DNA of 63,033 nucleotides, the filler included, from Hyphochytrium catenoides (lineage: Eukaryota > Protista > Hyphochytriomycota): assembly GCA_900088475.1 (NCBI GenBank). It is 10 parts of 10 records of this genome, joined end to end, with 100 filler letters (N's around TTAATTAATTAA, not from the genome) between each part and the next. Parts side by side here need not be neighbours in the genome. Positions count along the whole stretch, not along the records: positions 45,973 to 58,660 come from FLMG01002259.1; 9 more parts are not named here. One strand, written 5' to 3'. Positions 46,873-58,012 of this stretch are shown in pieces. Position 1 is the first letter of the stretch, and the number at the start of each line of letters is the position of its first letter. A model generated the notes under the pieces. The model did not search any database. It had not been told where the DNA came from and saw only the letters and a list, made by a program, of their open reading frames with translations. A program made the translations under genes and the position numbers.

Positions 46873-47779
46873 CTACGAGCATTCTTCGTCTCCAACTTGG
46901 TCTTTTGTGTGCTTGCCTCTACTTGCGACAAAGAGCTTGAAAAGCTTCCTTCCCTCCCTTCCTCCATCCCCCACCAACAGAGAGATTTCGTTTTGCAATA
47001 ATCGACAGCGAGGGCGCTGATCAGGGTAGTGGTGCTGGTATGGCTGGCCTCTACTTGAGGTAAAGAGCTTCCTTTCTCAGACGGTGGAGCATTCCAAGGA
47101 GGAAAGCTGTCCCTAAAGATCTCCTTTAAGATCTACAGTGACCACCGAAGGCGCGAACCCGAAAGAATAGTGGTGGTTGTGTGGCTCCACCGCCGAAGCT
47201 TCTCAACACTCCAGAGCTTTCTGGCTAGGATTTTGGGCGTTATAGTCGGTCATTCACAATCAGACGTCTACTGACGCAGCTGCCCAACCCATCGTGCCTC
47301 CTCTAGGACTGGAACGATATGGAACAGAAACCCTGTTTCATAAGAGCTCGTTACCTACTTCAATAACCAGACCAAGAAATTGTGAGGTACAGCAGGCTAA
47401 CGCCCTAACGCTTTGTAGGTTGCCCACAGTCAAACTCTCCACCGTCACGACCAGATAAGGCACTGACAATTGAATCTTCTATCGGTCTATATAGTCTCAA
47501 AGCAACTGTTCCATTCAGTAAGTTAAAATTTATCCAAATGGTCCAGCCACTGGGCCTACAGCGACGTAGAATATCAAGCTGTCATCGCAGCAGAGTTCAG
47601 CAAGTGTAAGCAACAGATATTCCAGCCCTTATTATGCTGAGGAGGATGAAGAGGAGAGCTGGCGTGTAAACAAGAGTAACTCTCCGATAATCCTTTCAGG
47701 TCGTTTACCTCTGTTGCCATTGTTTGTCTCCGAGTACTACTTGGTTTCGTGTAAGTCGCGACCAAGAAAGGCGCCTCAA

Positions 47780-50113
47780 TCAGGATCTCACGAAATCTGG
47801 TCGCTTAGTGGCAACAAGTCTCTCTTCTGCCATCTCTTTCAAGGGGTAATTAGCTAAATCAGTCCACCGCATCTCGCCAGATGTCGTAGAGTCAGGTCCC
47901 CATTCTCCATATATTGCGCTCAGCTCTCGGCGCCGCGCAAGGAGTTCGTCGTCATAGAAGTTTTGGAGAGAAGAAGAAGAGTATTTCTCCAGTATCCAAT
48001 CAACTACCACCACGTGCCACTCATCCAAGGCCTCGCGTACTGCCCGCCTTATCTGCTTCGGCACTAGCACTTTCGGTTGGCCAAGGTCATGGAAATGCTC
48101 TAGGATATGCAAGTTTCCATGCCCCGCAGCAGCGATAAAACTCTTGGCACGGAGTTCTACTTGGCACTGCTCATGGAGCCAGCGACAAAAGCGGAGATCT
48201 CCCCTAGCTGCAGGCCACCACATGTCCCCAGCTTTTGGACTAGCTCCATGAGAATGGAGGTACTGTGCGATGTGAAAGTGGTCACCTCTAATAGCTGCGC
48301 TGATTGAATCCTGCGTGACAAGAGAACCCAGATCCACTAAGTATTCCACAATATCTGCATGCCCGCGCTCAGCTGCGTTACATATTGCTTTGTCGTCTTC
48401 AGGCGGCATAATATCGGTATGCCCTCTATGTCTGAGTTCCGCGAGGACGAACTTGAGATGCCCTAGGGAAGAGGACCACCTGGCGGCTTGGTAAAGGGCA
48501 TCTGGCGTGAAGCCTCCTGGCACTTTATCCTCCAGAAACCTTGTTATTGCAACGACTTCATTCAAGGGCCTTTTGGTGATGAACAACGATGCTAAGCTGT
48601 CTTGGTCAAAGGTCACAACCTTGTGCTCATATAGAAGCTGAAGAATCTCTAGAGAATATTGACCATCATACCGAATCCTTAGCAATTCCCTACACCGTCC
48701 GGAGATGCCAACCGGGCTGGACGAAAAGCTGTTCAGATTCCATATGACCTGCACATCTGGAAGTAACAAGCACTTAAGCAGGTCGAAGTCTTCCGAACTT
48801 GCGGCTCCTTTAACTTTCTTATTCAATGACAACAAAAACCTCCAGACGTCAGAAACAGCAGCAACTCCTGAGCTCGAACCGAGTAGTTCCTCCTTCCTAG
48901 ATAAAATCCAAATGAGGACATCCCGTTGCTTGCCATCTAAACATCCCGCGGCTGACTCTAGAGCATTCCACCAGTCTGTTGATGAAAACCACTGCTTTTC
49001 GAACAGCCACTGAAGGACCTGTACATGGGGTGCATTAAGGGCTTGAGGCGAGCATCGTGCACCTTGGTGTTCATACAGCCACTCCATTACGTGCAGATGT
49101 CCCTCATGAGCTGCAGCGTCCATAATGCTGCTGAACTGCTTGCTCGGCAGTGACATCCCCAGTCTCGTTGAGAAGAAGTCGTTCAGATAATTGAATACCT
49201 CCAAGCTGCCACCAGACGCGGCACTCTCCAGAATCTTTATAAGGTGTTCACTCATTGTAGACGCCTCGGCTTGGAGGTCAACATAGTGCTCTAGCAGCAA
49301 CTGGAGGACAGATAACTGCCCGGCCTTAGCAACCTGGTTGAGAGCTTGTAGTACCTCAAACTTCCCTAGTTCCCACAGATGTAACCATCTATCCCAGACC
49401 TCTGGAGGATTTGGTCCCTCAACATCCCCGGTCTCATGTAACCAGTACACAATGGCCCTTTGGTTATGGGCTGCAGCGTGGACAAGAGTGATCCTGGGAT
49501 ACCAGGCGGAGGGAGCGTACTCTCGAACCCACTGAAGAATATGCAGATGGCCCTTGACGGCGGCGTTTCGGCAGGTTTTCGGAGGGAGCACGGCCTCCTT
49601 CCGCCGAGTATAGAGCCATGTCAACAGATCGAGGTCCCCAAAGGTGGCGACTTTCTCGATAACAGCGTGGCTTGTGCAGCAAAGAGGCGCTTTTTCGCAC
49701 AACCATCGGACAATAGTCCCATGACCATGCTCTGCTGCATAGGCCGCTACTTCTGCAAAGTAGGACTGATCAAAGCGCCCAATCAGCAATTGAACCAACT
49801 CAAGATCACCATGCGTTGCGGCAGAGTATAACGCTGAAGCCGTGCATCGCATGGGCTCTTGTCTGGAGTGCAAATACACGACGAGCTCTCTGTAGCCAAG
49901 AGCTGCAGCAGCGTCGATGGAGTACCAGTTCTTGAAAGCCCGCCCATATTGAAAGCTGGCAATGACGAGGAAGAGCTCGGGATCCGAAAGAACCCTCACC
50001 GCGCTAGCCGACGATGGGCTGGAGATGTGCTCTACTAATGCGGATACTCCAACCTGTTCGGAGGACGACGCAGGCTCGGCGGCGTCTTCTTCACCACCGT
50101 TGGCCTTCCCCAT
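47780..50113 (-). CDS. Intronless ankyrin-repeat protein, 777 aa
   Basis: Repeated AAxxGHLxxxxWL units (AATHGDLELVQLL, AAVKGHLHILQWV, MDAAAHEGHLHVMEWL, AAERGHADIVEYL, AAGHGNLHILEHF). N-terminal VLSDPELFLVIASFQYG. Confidence 0.92.
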   Translation of the reverse strand: MGKANGGEEDAAEPASSSEQVGVSALVEHISSPSSASAVRVLSDPELFLVIASFQYGRAFKNWYSIDAAAALGYRELVVYLHSRQEPMRCTASALYSAATHGDLELVQLLIGRFDQSYFAEVAAYAAEHGHGTIVRWLCEKAPLCCTSHAVIEKVATFGDLDLLTWLYTRRKEAVLPPKTCRNAAVKGHLHILQWVREYAPSAWYPRITLVHAAAHNQRAIVYWLHETGDVEGPNPPEVWDRWLHLWELGKFEVLQALNQVAKAGQLSVLQLLLEHYVDLQAEASTMSEHLIKILESAASGGSLEVFNYLNDFFSTRLGMSLPSKQFSSIMDAAAHEGHLHVMEWLYEHQGARCSPQALNAPHVQVLQWLFEKQWFSSTDWWNALESAAGCLDGKQRDVLIWILSRKEELLGSSSGVAAVSDVWRFLLSLNKKVKGAASSEDFDLLKCLLLPDVQVIWNLNSFSSSPVGISGRCRELLRIRYDGQYSLEILQLLYEHKVVTFDQDSLASLFITKRPLNEVVAITRFLEDKVPGGFTPDALYQAARWSSSLGHLKFVLAELRHRGHTDIMPPEDDKAICNAAERGHADIVEYLVDLGSLVTQDSISAAIRGDHFHIAQYLHSHGASPKAGDMWWPAARGDLRFCRWLHEQCQVELRAKSFIAAAGHGNLHILEHFHDLGQPKVLVPKQIRRAVREALDEWHVVVVDWILEKYSSSSLQNFYDDELLARRRELSAIYGEWGPDSTTSGEMRWTDLANYPLKEMAEERLVATKRPDFVRS

Positions 50114-50465
50114 GATAGATGATGAAGGAAAGAACTGAGGCTAGGTGTCTGAAGGCTTCTTTATACTTTTGACTAGACCCTGTGACCTCATTCTTCTTCT
50201 TCGTCTTGACATTCTAAGTGAATGCAGTGATGGGATGCGACGGAATAAGAGGTCTGTGCAATAGTGGTAGAGGTCATGATGGGCAAGGCTTTGGAAGAGG
50301 TGGCTCTGGTATCGACTGATAGGTCAATGGACAGGGCAAGGGATGGGAATAACTGTGATGAACTGCTACAGTTGGAAGACTAGAGAGGACTTGCTTGGTC
50401 CTACCTCCTCGTCCTCACCACCTTATCGCCGAAGTCCAGAGGGGAAAGAGAGAGAGAGAGAGAGA

Positions 50466-50506
<41 letters not shown>

Positions 50507-50638
50507 GTGAGAGTGAGAGAGAGAGAGTGAGTGAGAGAGAGAGAGTGAGTGAGAATGAGAGAGAGAGAGTGAGTGAGAGAGAGAGTGAGAGAGAGAGTGA
50601 GAGAGAGAGTGTGAGCGAGAGAGAGAGAGAGAGAAAAA

Positions 50639-50671
<33 letters not shown>

Positions 50672-50987
50672 AAGAGAGAGAGAGCGAAAGCATTGGGGCT
50701 CAATCTTCAACACCTGAAGCGCCCAACAAAATTTAGGGATGGACATTTGCAGTTCTAACTTCTGACCTCTTTTCGGATGCATCCGACAATAAGCACAAAC
50801 ATTTTTTCATTTTTATTTTATAAACGTCATCAGTAATTAGCTGTGGAAAGACTGCTTTTATCGTAGAATAAGCCTTTTATATAAAAAATACAAGGACATA
50901 TTTCTTATAGCTAATAGCAAATAAAAAGCCAGAAATAAGAAAGCATAATATTAGATTCGGGCCTTATTCTTGGATGATGGTGGCATG

Positions 50988-51965
50988 AGGATGATGACAC
51001 TGTCCTCAGTTCTTCATTCTTTCCTTCCCTTCTTTCTATCAAAGGGGAAAGTGGAGAAGAGAAGAGAGTCGATAAAGAAGAGACCAAGGCGCGCGCTTGG
51101 TAACTCTTCTTTCTGTCTCTTCTTCCTCTTCTTCTCCTTCTTCCTCATTTTCTTCTTCTTCTTCTTCTTCTTCCTCAATCTCTTCTTCTTCTTTTTCCTC
51201 TTCTTCTCCTTCTTCCTCATTTTCTCCTTCTTCTTCTTCTTCCTCTTCTTCCTCATTTTCTTCTTCTTCTTCTTCCTCATTTTCTTCCTCTTCTTCTTCC
51301 CCATTTTCTTCTTCTTCTTCCCCATTTTCTTCTTCTTCTTTTTCTTCTTTTTCTCCCTCTTCTTCATTTTCTTCCTCTTCTTCATTTTCTTCCTCTTCTT
51401 CTTTATATTCTTCACCGTCTTCTGTTTATGAGTAGCTCATATGTCAGAGGAGAGAAGGTCACAATAGCCCTGACAATAACAACGAAGAAGATGATGACTA
51501 TGTGGTTGGCGCCTTATCTTTCTCCCTCCTTCTTCTCCTTCTCTTATTAGTACTGCTGGGGAAGTCAACTATGATCCTTCCTTCTCTAATAACGAGCGTG
51601 GAGAAGAGAGAGCTGAAGTCAAAACCAAGCCTTTGTAGCTCTTGTTGTCTCCTCTCCTTGGTTCTCTTTCGTTCCCCTTCTTTCACCTTCTTTCTCCTTC
51701 TCTCTTTTTCTTTCTCCCTCTTTTACCTTCTTCCTCCTCCTTTTCTTCTTCTTCTTCACGTCCGTCTATACGCTGATCTATTAGCTGCAGCTACACAGAG
51801 GCAGGTATAACTAGCCCTAATAACAATAATGAAGATCATGATGACAACAGCGTTGATGCCCCATCTTCTCCTTCTTCTTCCTCTTTTTCCTGGTAACGAG
51901 AGTGGAGAAGAGAGAGAATCGAAGAAGAGAGCAAGGCTTTGTTGTTGCTCTTGTTGTCCCCTTCT
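50988..51965. repeat. Three degenerate copies of a dispersed repeat (~50988, ~51488, ~51838)
   Basis: Shared order GATGATGAC..TCTT(C/T)..GTGGAGAAGAGA..CAAG(G/C)C..CTCTT followed by a TTC-rich tract; another copy lies on a different contig at ~60822. Confidence 0.7.
51105..51420. repeat. (TTC)n-based compound micro/minisatellite
   Basis: TTC runs regularly interrupted by CATTTTC. Confidence 0.9.
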
Positions 51966-54725
51966 TCTTCTTCTTCTTCCTCCGCTTCCTTTTCTTCCAA
52001 TCCATGAGTGTTATGGAACGTATCAGTAGGCCTAACGTGAGATCCTGGTTTTCTGTCCGTGTCTGAGGTTGAAGAGAGGAGGCAGATACTGATAATAACG
52101 GAATGAACCAGAGGAGAGAGATAGCCCGGCGAATGAACTCACAGGTATCCCAGACGACAAAAGACAAACAAGAGCACCAAAGCAGGGAGACCAGTCGGCC
52201 ACCTGGGTGCCGGGCCGGGGACGCTATTGGGAGAGAGAAAGGACGGTCATTGAGCGGAAGACGACGGTAAAGTCTTCTGATGACGAAGGGGCAGGAGTGG
52301 CACCCGAGGGACCAAGGACTTTCTCGCCAATGACGGTGAGAAAGATATTATCTTCTCTCTTCTTGCTGGGGTACTGTCCTCCTCTGGCCTGGGAGAACTA
52401 ACAACAGGAGAGGATCCTAACAATAAGCTTGGTGCCAACTCTCCGATGCCCATGATTATGCTGAACCAGCTGAGGCTCCAGGCAGGATGAAGAAGAAGCA
52501 CTGACTGAATCTTTCTTCCTTCTCCGCTCTGAACGCTCTCAAGCAAGGTGAATACTCTTCTTTACTACTCAGCGGGGAACGAAGATGTTGAGTCAGATAA
52601 GATAGGCGCCAATGACTACCTCGCTAGCAGGGCCGTCTCTCCTGTTACCAGCGGGAAGAAGGTGTGTTAACCTCCGCACAAGGTAACATGAGGCAAAGTT
52701 GTACGGAGCATTGACTCTCCGCCAGTATCTGGGCACACATCAAGACGGCGGAGAGTGCTGAGTCAAAGCATCATTGAAGGAGGTGGCGCATCTGAAACAG
52801 TGGCAGTGGTGGTCATTGTGGCGTGCTAGATCCCCTTCCTCTTCGTCGTCGGATAAGGACGGAAGCAATGCTGAGCGAGGCTGCAGAGAAGAAGACGACA
52901 TGATGACGGCACAAGAAACAACTATGGTGGTGAGCCTTGGGCAGGACAGCGTGTCTTAGCATGGGCGGGATAATTATTCAACCGTTGACTGATAGCCATT
53001 CATCGGATTCTTGCCTTCGCTCTCCGTCCAGGCACTGCACAGCATGAGCTAGAACCTAGGAGATTCCTGAAGAAGGCTGAAGACCGCGTACAAGCAGGAG
53101 ATCTCAATAGTGAGGCGTATCTTCTTCTTCTCTTCCCACTTCCCTACATCGACCGACGCGGACTTCATGCAGGAAAGATCATTGAACTCTGCCAAAGAAC
53201 AGCTCTATATAAAGACCCTGACAGTCTTTCTTTTACCGCGCCATCGGTCCGCTGTGCGTGCCTCATGATGGCGATAATGATAGAGTCCTGGGTGATACCG
53301 ATGCGCTCAGCAGTTGACGAGCGATGACGGAAGAAGAAGCAGCAGCTCCAATATAACTTGATTAGTATGAAGCTTTAGTCAAGAAGAGTCCTCAGTAGGA
53401 AGACTGTTGCCTGCCTGCTGACGCAGTGGAGAGAGTCTGCCAGGTCCTCCTCTGATCAGTGGCCAGCGGCGGGTGATAATCTCTCTCGCTCTCTTTCTCC
53501 GTTTTCCTTTTCTAGCCTGCTTGCTTCCTTCTCTCTCTCTCTCTCTCTCTCTCTCTTTATCTCTATTCAAAGCTTAGTGCAAGGAGGCATTCCTCCTGCC
53601 TGGTGGCCAGCCAGATGATGTGCGCGCGATCCTAGTACGACGGGGGAAAGTGGATCAGCAGCGATGTGAAGTCCATCATTTTATTAGGGAATAAGGGATC
53701 ATTCGGTCACGACGATGGCTTGTTAGAGGCCACAATGATCACAAGGGGCAAACCCGGACAACCGGCGCCTTATGAAGGAGCATCTCTTTTCTGTCCTCTC
53801 TCTTCACTGTTCTCAAGTGGAGAGAGAGAGAGAGAGAGACTAGTTGCCGTCAACACTGCTGGCTTGAGAAGCGCCTGGGTGCGGAGGAATAAGACAGAGC
53901 GAGAAAGAGCAGAGGAGAGAGAGAAAGAAGGAAGAGAAAAGCACTTCAACAGGGAGACTGACTGACGGAGACAGAAAGGAAAGGGAAGACCTTGAGCTAG
54001 GTACGTGTGGAGGGAAGTTAGGAGAAGACGAAGAAGAAGAGAGAGAAAGAGCAACAAGCACCAAACAGAAGAGAGAACAAGAGAAAGAAAAAAAAAAGAG
54101 AGAGAGAGAGACAGAGAAAGAGAAAGAGAGAGAGAGAGAGAGAGAACGGAGATAGATCCAAGAGAGGCAAAGACTCAAGAATAGAGATGCGTGCTGGTGC
54201 TTGAGACGAATGCACAGCACAAGAAATGGCTCTGATGATTGACATCTTACCTCCTGGAAGACAAAGGGACAAGAGAAGAAAAGGGTCAGGAAAGACAGCG
54301 ACGAGCCAAGTTCAAAGAGCGAGAGAGAGAGAGAGAGGGAAATGTTGAAGAAGAAGAGAGAGAAGTGCAAGCAAAAGGGAAAGAGACATGGAGGATGATG
54401 TCAGGGTGGGAGAGAGACCACTGGCGGAGAGCCAGAGAGACACGAGCCAGAATTAAGAGGGTAATAAACGGGGGACGAGAGAGACAGAGCTGCATGAGAT
54501 AGAGAGGCAAACAGAGGAAGAGGAAGGGAAAAGAAGGGTGAGATGACAAGGGAGAAAGACTTGGGAGGTGAGGCCACCACAACCCTTCCTCACCAGACCG
54601 TTACAGTACAGGTATTCATGATAATGCATCAAGATAAGCCAGCTATACTCCATATAATGCATACTATATGGAATAATTAGCTGTGTGTGCGTCTGCCATC
54701 ATGTCCCTTCATCTTGCTTTCTCTC

Positions 54726-54785
<60 letters not shown>

Positions 54786-55057
54786 TGTCTCTCTCTCTCT
54801 CCCCTTCTCCGTCCCTGTGTCTCCATCTCTCTCCCTCTGCCTTCTCGTCCCTTCTCCTCTTTCTCTCTCGCATCTGTCTCCCCTATGAGCTTCTCTGGCT
54901 CTCTCTTTCTTTTCACTCTGTGTGTCTCTACCTGAGTAGCTGTGTCAGAGGGCCACACTGTCCGCCCCCATCCACTTTCTCTCTACCTCCAGCCCCTTCC
55001 TGTGCAATTTGCATAGCTCTGTCTTACCCCCGTCCAGAAGTTCATCCCAGTCCACCT

Positions 55058-55099
<42 letters not shown>

Positions 55100-55550
55100 C
55101 TCTCTCTTTCTCTCTCTATCTGTCACCTCTCTTCCTCTCTTCCCCTTTCTTGTCTCCTCTCCCCCTACTCTCTCTCTCTCTTTCTCTCTCTTCCTCTCTC
55201 TTCCCTTTCTCTCTGTTTCTCTTCCTCGCTCTCTCTCTCTCTCACCCAACAACAACGAAAGGTCATCAGAAAGCACTAAAAGTGTGGACAGATAACGGTT
55301 ATGAGGATGATGATACACATGCACTGTCTCCTGGGTTGGGGGGGAGAGGAAAGAGGCAACCTGAGACCATCATTCCACTCTTAACCTCAGACAGAGAGAG
55401 AGAGAGAGAGGGAGACAGAGAGAGAGAGTGAGTGTGAGAGAGAAAGAAGAGTGGCTGGGAAACAACGAAAGGGAGAGGGCCATATGGGAGAGGGGAAGAG
55501 GAGAGAGAGAGACAAACGTAAGAGAGTGAAGGAAAGAGAGAGAAAAAAAA

Positions 55551-55598
<48 letters not shown>

Positions 55599-55981
55599 TC
55601 AACAGCAGAGGAGGAGGACACATAGCTTCAGTATCCTACCGCTGGATCCACAAGGCACTGCCGTGAGAGGGTCGCTGTGATCTGTATCTTTGCAGAAATC
55701 AATCTCACGTCTCTCTCTCTCTCTTCTCTCTCTCCCTCTCCTCCCTCTTTCTCTCTTATTTCTTTCTGTCTCTCTTTCTCTCTGGTTCTCTTTCTCTCTC
55801 TCTCTCTTTCTCTCTCTCTCTTTCTCTCTCTCGCTCTGCCTGTTGTCCCGCCATTCTCTGCCTGACTCTTGTTCCAAGCACCGCGGTGATACAGCCGGCC
55901 GCTATGACCTGACTTTCTTGGAGCTCAATGAGGGCAAGAGAAGCAGAAGAGAGAGAGAGAGAGAGAGAGAAAGAAAGAGAG

Positions 55982-56032
<51 letters not shown>

Positions 56033-56535
56033 AACGAACCAAACATCGAACAAAGCGCGATCCTCTTCTCTCCCCCGATGGAACAGTCTGCTAGATCCCT
56101 CAGACATCATGTGATCCAAATAGCCAGTGCTATGACCCGACTGCAGATCCCCTCTCTCTTGTCATTCTAGTCTCTCTCTCTTCTCTCTCTCTCTCAGTGG
56201 CTTGAGTCTCCTTTCCCGCTATCTCCACTGTTGAACCAGTCTCTCCTCCTCCTTTATGCCAGCGTCCCTTCTCTCAACACGATTGAAGTCCCTTTCCCCT
56301 TCTTAAAAAGAGAGAGAGAGAGAGAGGTACCCGATAGCAGGCCTTTGTCTTCTCTCTCTCTCTCATGTTCTTTCATCTTACTCTCTCTCTCACTTCACCA
56401 TTTTCCACTCAGTGGCAACATCCCCAACCAACAAAGAACAACGATCTCAACCACCTCAAGTATCTCTCTTCCTACAACCGAGAGAGAGAGAGAGTCCGCC
56501 AGAGAGAAAGAAGAGAGAAAAGAAAGAGAAAAACT

Positions 56536-57255
56536 ATGAAGTTCTCCACGCTTCTCTTTGCCCTTGTGGCCGCTGCCGCCCTCGCTTCTTCCCCTGTCAA
56601 CACTTTTGCCCAAGAAGAGGCTGTCGCAGGAGGAGAGGAAGAGATCATCCTTCTTCCCTTCGATGTTGAAGGAGAGGCTGCCGACATTCTCTCTTCTTCC
56701 GCAGCCGTAGAAGAAGATGTTTCTCTCTCTCCTGCTGTCCAACAACAGCAAGAGGTCGTCGTAGACCCAGCCATAATAACAGCAGCAGCGGCGCCACTGG
56801 CACAGACGGAAGTCGTGCAAAAAGGAGGAAAGAAAGGCGGACAAGGCGGAGGACAAGGCGGAGCCAAGAAGGGCGGACAAGGCGGAGCCAAGAAAGGCGG
56901 ACAAGGCGGCGGTGGCGGCGGAGCTGCAGGAGGAAAACAGGCCAAACAGCTGGACCAACAAGCCAAACAGCAAGAGAGACAGGCCAAACAGGCAGCAAAG
57001 AAACAGGAAAGACTGGCGAAGCAGGCAGCGAAGAAGCAGGAAATACTGGCGAAGAAGGCTGCCAGAGAGCAAGAGAAACTTGCCAAGCAGCAGGCAAGAG
57101 AAGCCAAGAAAGCGCAGAAGCAACAGGCAACCGAGGCTGTTGTCACGGAGGCCGCAGTCACTGAGGCTGCTGTCACTCAGGCTGCTGTTACCCAGGCTGC
57201 AGCTACTCAGGCTGCTGTCACACAGGCAGCTCAACTGCGCAGGCTCCGTGCTTAG
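56536..57255 (+). CDS. Secreted modular low-complexity protein, 239 aa, intronless
   Basis: Signal peptide MKFSTLLFALVAAAALA; acidic segment; KKGGQGG repeats; 11-residue QExxAKxxAxx repeats; T[EQ]AAV pentapeptides; ends QLRRLRA. Codons are varied rather than microsatellite-derived. Confidence 0.88.
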   Translation: MKFSTLLFALVAAAALASSPVNTFAQEEAVAGGEEEIILLPFDVEGEAADILSSSAAVEEDVSLSPAVQQQQEVVVDPAIITAAAAPLAQTEVVQKGGKKGGQGGGQGGAKKGGQGGAKKGGQGGGGGGAAGGKQAKQLDQQAKQQERQAKQAAKKQERLAKQAAKKQEILAKKAAREQEKLAKQQAREAKKAQKQQATEAVVTEAAVTEAAVTQAAVTQAAATQAAVTQAAQLRRLRA

Positions 57256-57896
57256 AGAGAGAGAGAAAGAGAGAGATAGAGAGAAGAGAGACACGAGAGG
57301 TCAAGGCCTCTGTTCTTTTTTTCTCTTTGAAAGAGCTCTTTCCTTTTGTTTCCTTTTCTTAAGCCGGTCACTGTCTTCCCGGTATTTTTATATGTGGCTT
57401 TCTATAACTGAGACAGTAGGTAGTGGCTCTGACCTTCTCTGAAGGAGGAGAGAGAGAGAGGGAGACTATGGAGGAGGAGAAAGAGGAGGAAATGCAAAAG
57501 CAGCAATAGCTGACAGAGAAAGGGGACGAGAGAGAGAAAGGAGAGAGCAGCTGCCTCATCGTTTTCCATCCCTTCGTTTATTATAAAGCATAATAATGAA
57601 CAGGAACAGGAAATGAGAATCATTTCTTCTCGTGTCAAACCCCAGTGACAATCTTTCTCTTTCCCTCTCTCTATTATTGCCCTCTTCTCATACCCTCTAT
57701 CACCCTCTCTCTCTTTCTATCTGTCTGGCTCTCTTTCTCTCTCTCCAACTCCGTTGCTCTCTCTTCTCTTTTTCTCCCCTCTTTGTCATTCTTCAGGTTA
57801 TTTTCTGCGTTTTTCTTTGTCCACATCTTACTCCTCTCTCTCTCTCTCCCTTGTCTTCTTTTGCCTTTTTGTTCCTCCTCTTCATCTTCTCTCTCA

Positions 57897-58012
57897 CTCT
57901 GTGTCTCTTCCTCTCTGACCCTCTATCTCTCTCTATTTGTCTCTCTCTGTCTCGCTCTCTGTCTCTTCCTCTCTGACCCTCTATCTCTCTCTGTTTGTCT
58001 CTCTCTGTCTGT
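57897..58012. repeat. ~58-bp tandem duplication in a CT-rich tract
   Basis: tgtctcttcctctctgaccctctatctctctct.tttgtctctctctgtct occurs twice. Confidence 0.7.

Noticed and set aside
51014-51435. Poly-Lys, poly-Phe, poly-Ser or poly-Glu proteins
   Set aside because: Alternative frames of a TTC satellite with no independent coding evidence.
50988-51965. CRISPR-like array
   Set aside because: Units are long, degenerate and irregularly spaced; eukaryotic context with no cas genes.
53380-56500. Possible spliced gene among alternating GA/CT blocks
   Set aside because: Could not assemble phase-consistent exons with any recognisable product.
56395-57294. Long antisense ORFs over the secreted protein (also over the transposase and the 833-aa ORF)
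   Set aside because: Shadow ORFs caused by biased codon content.
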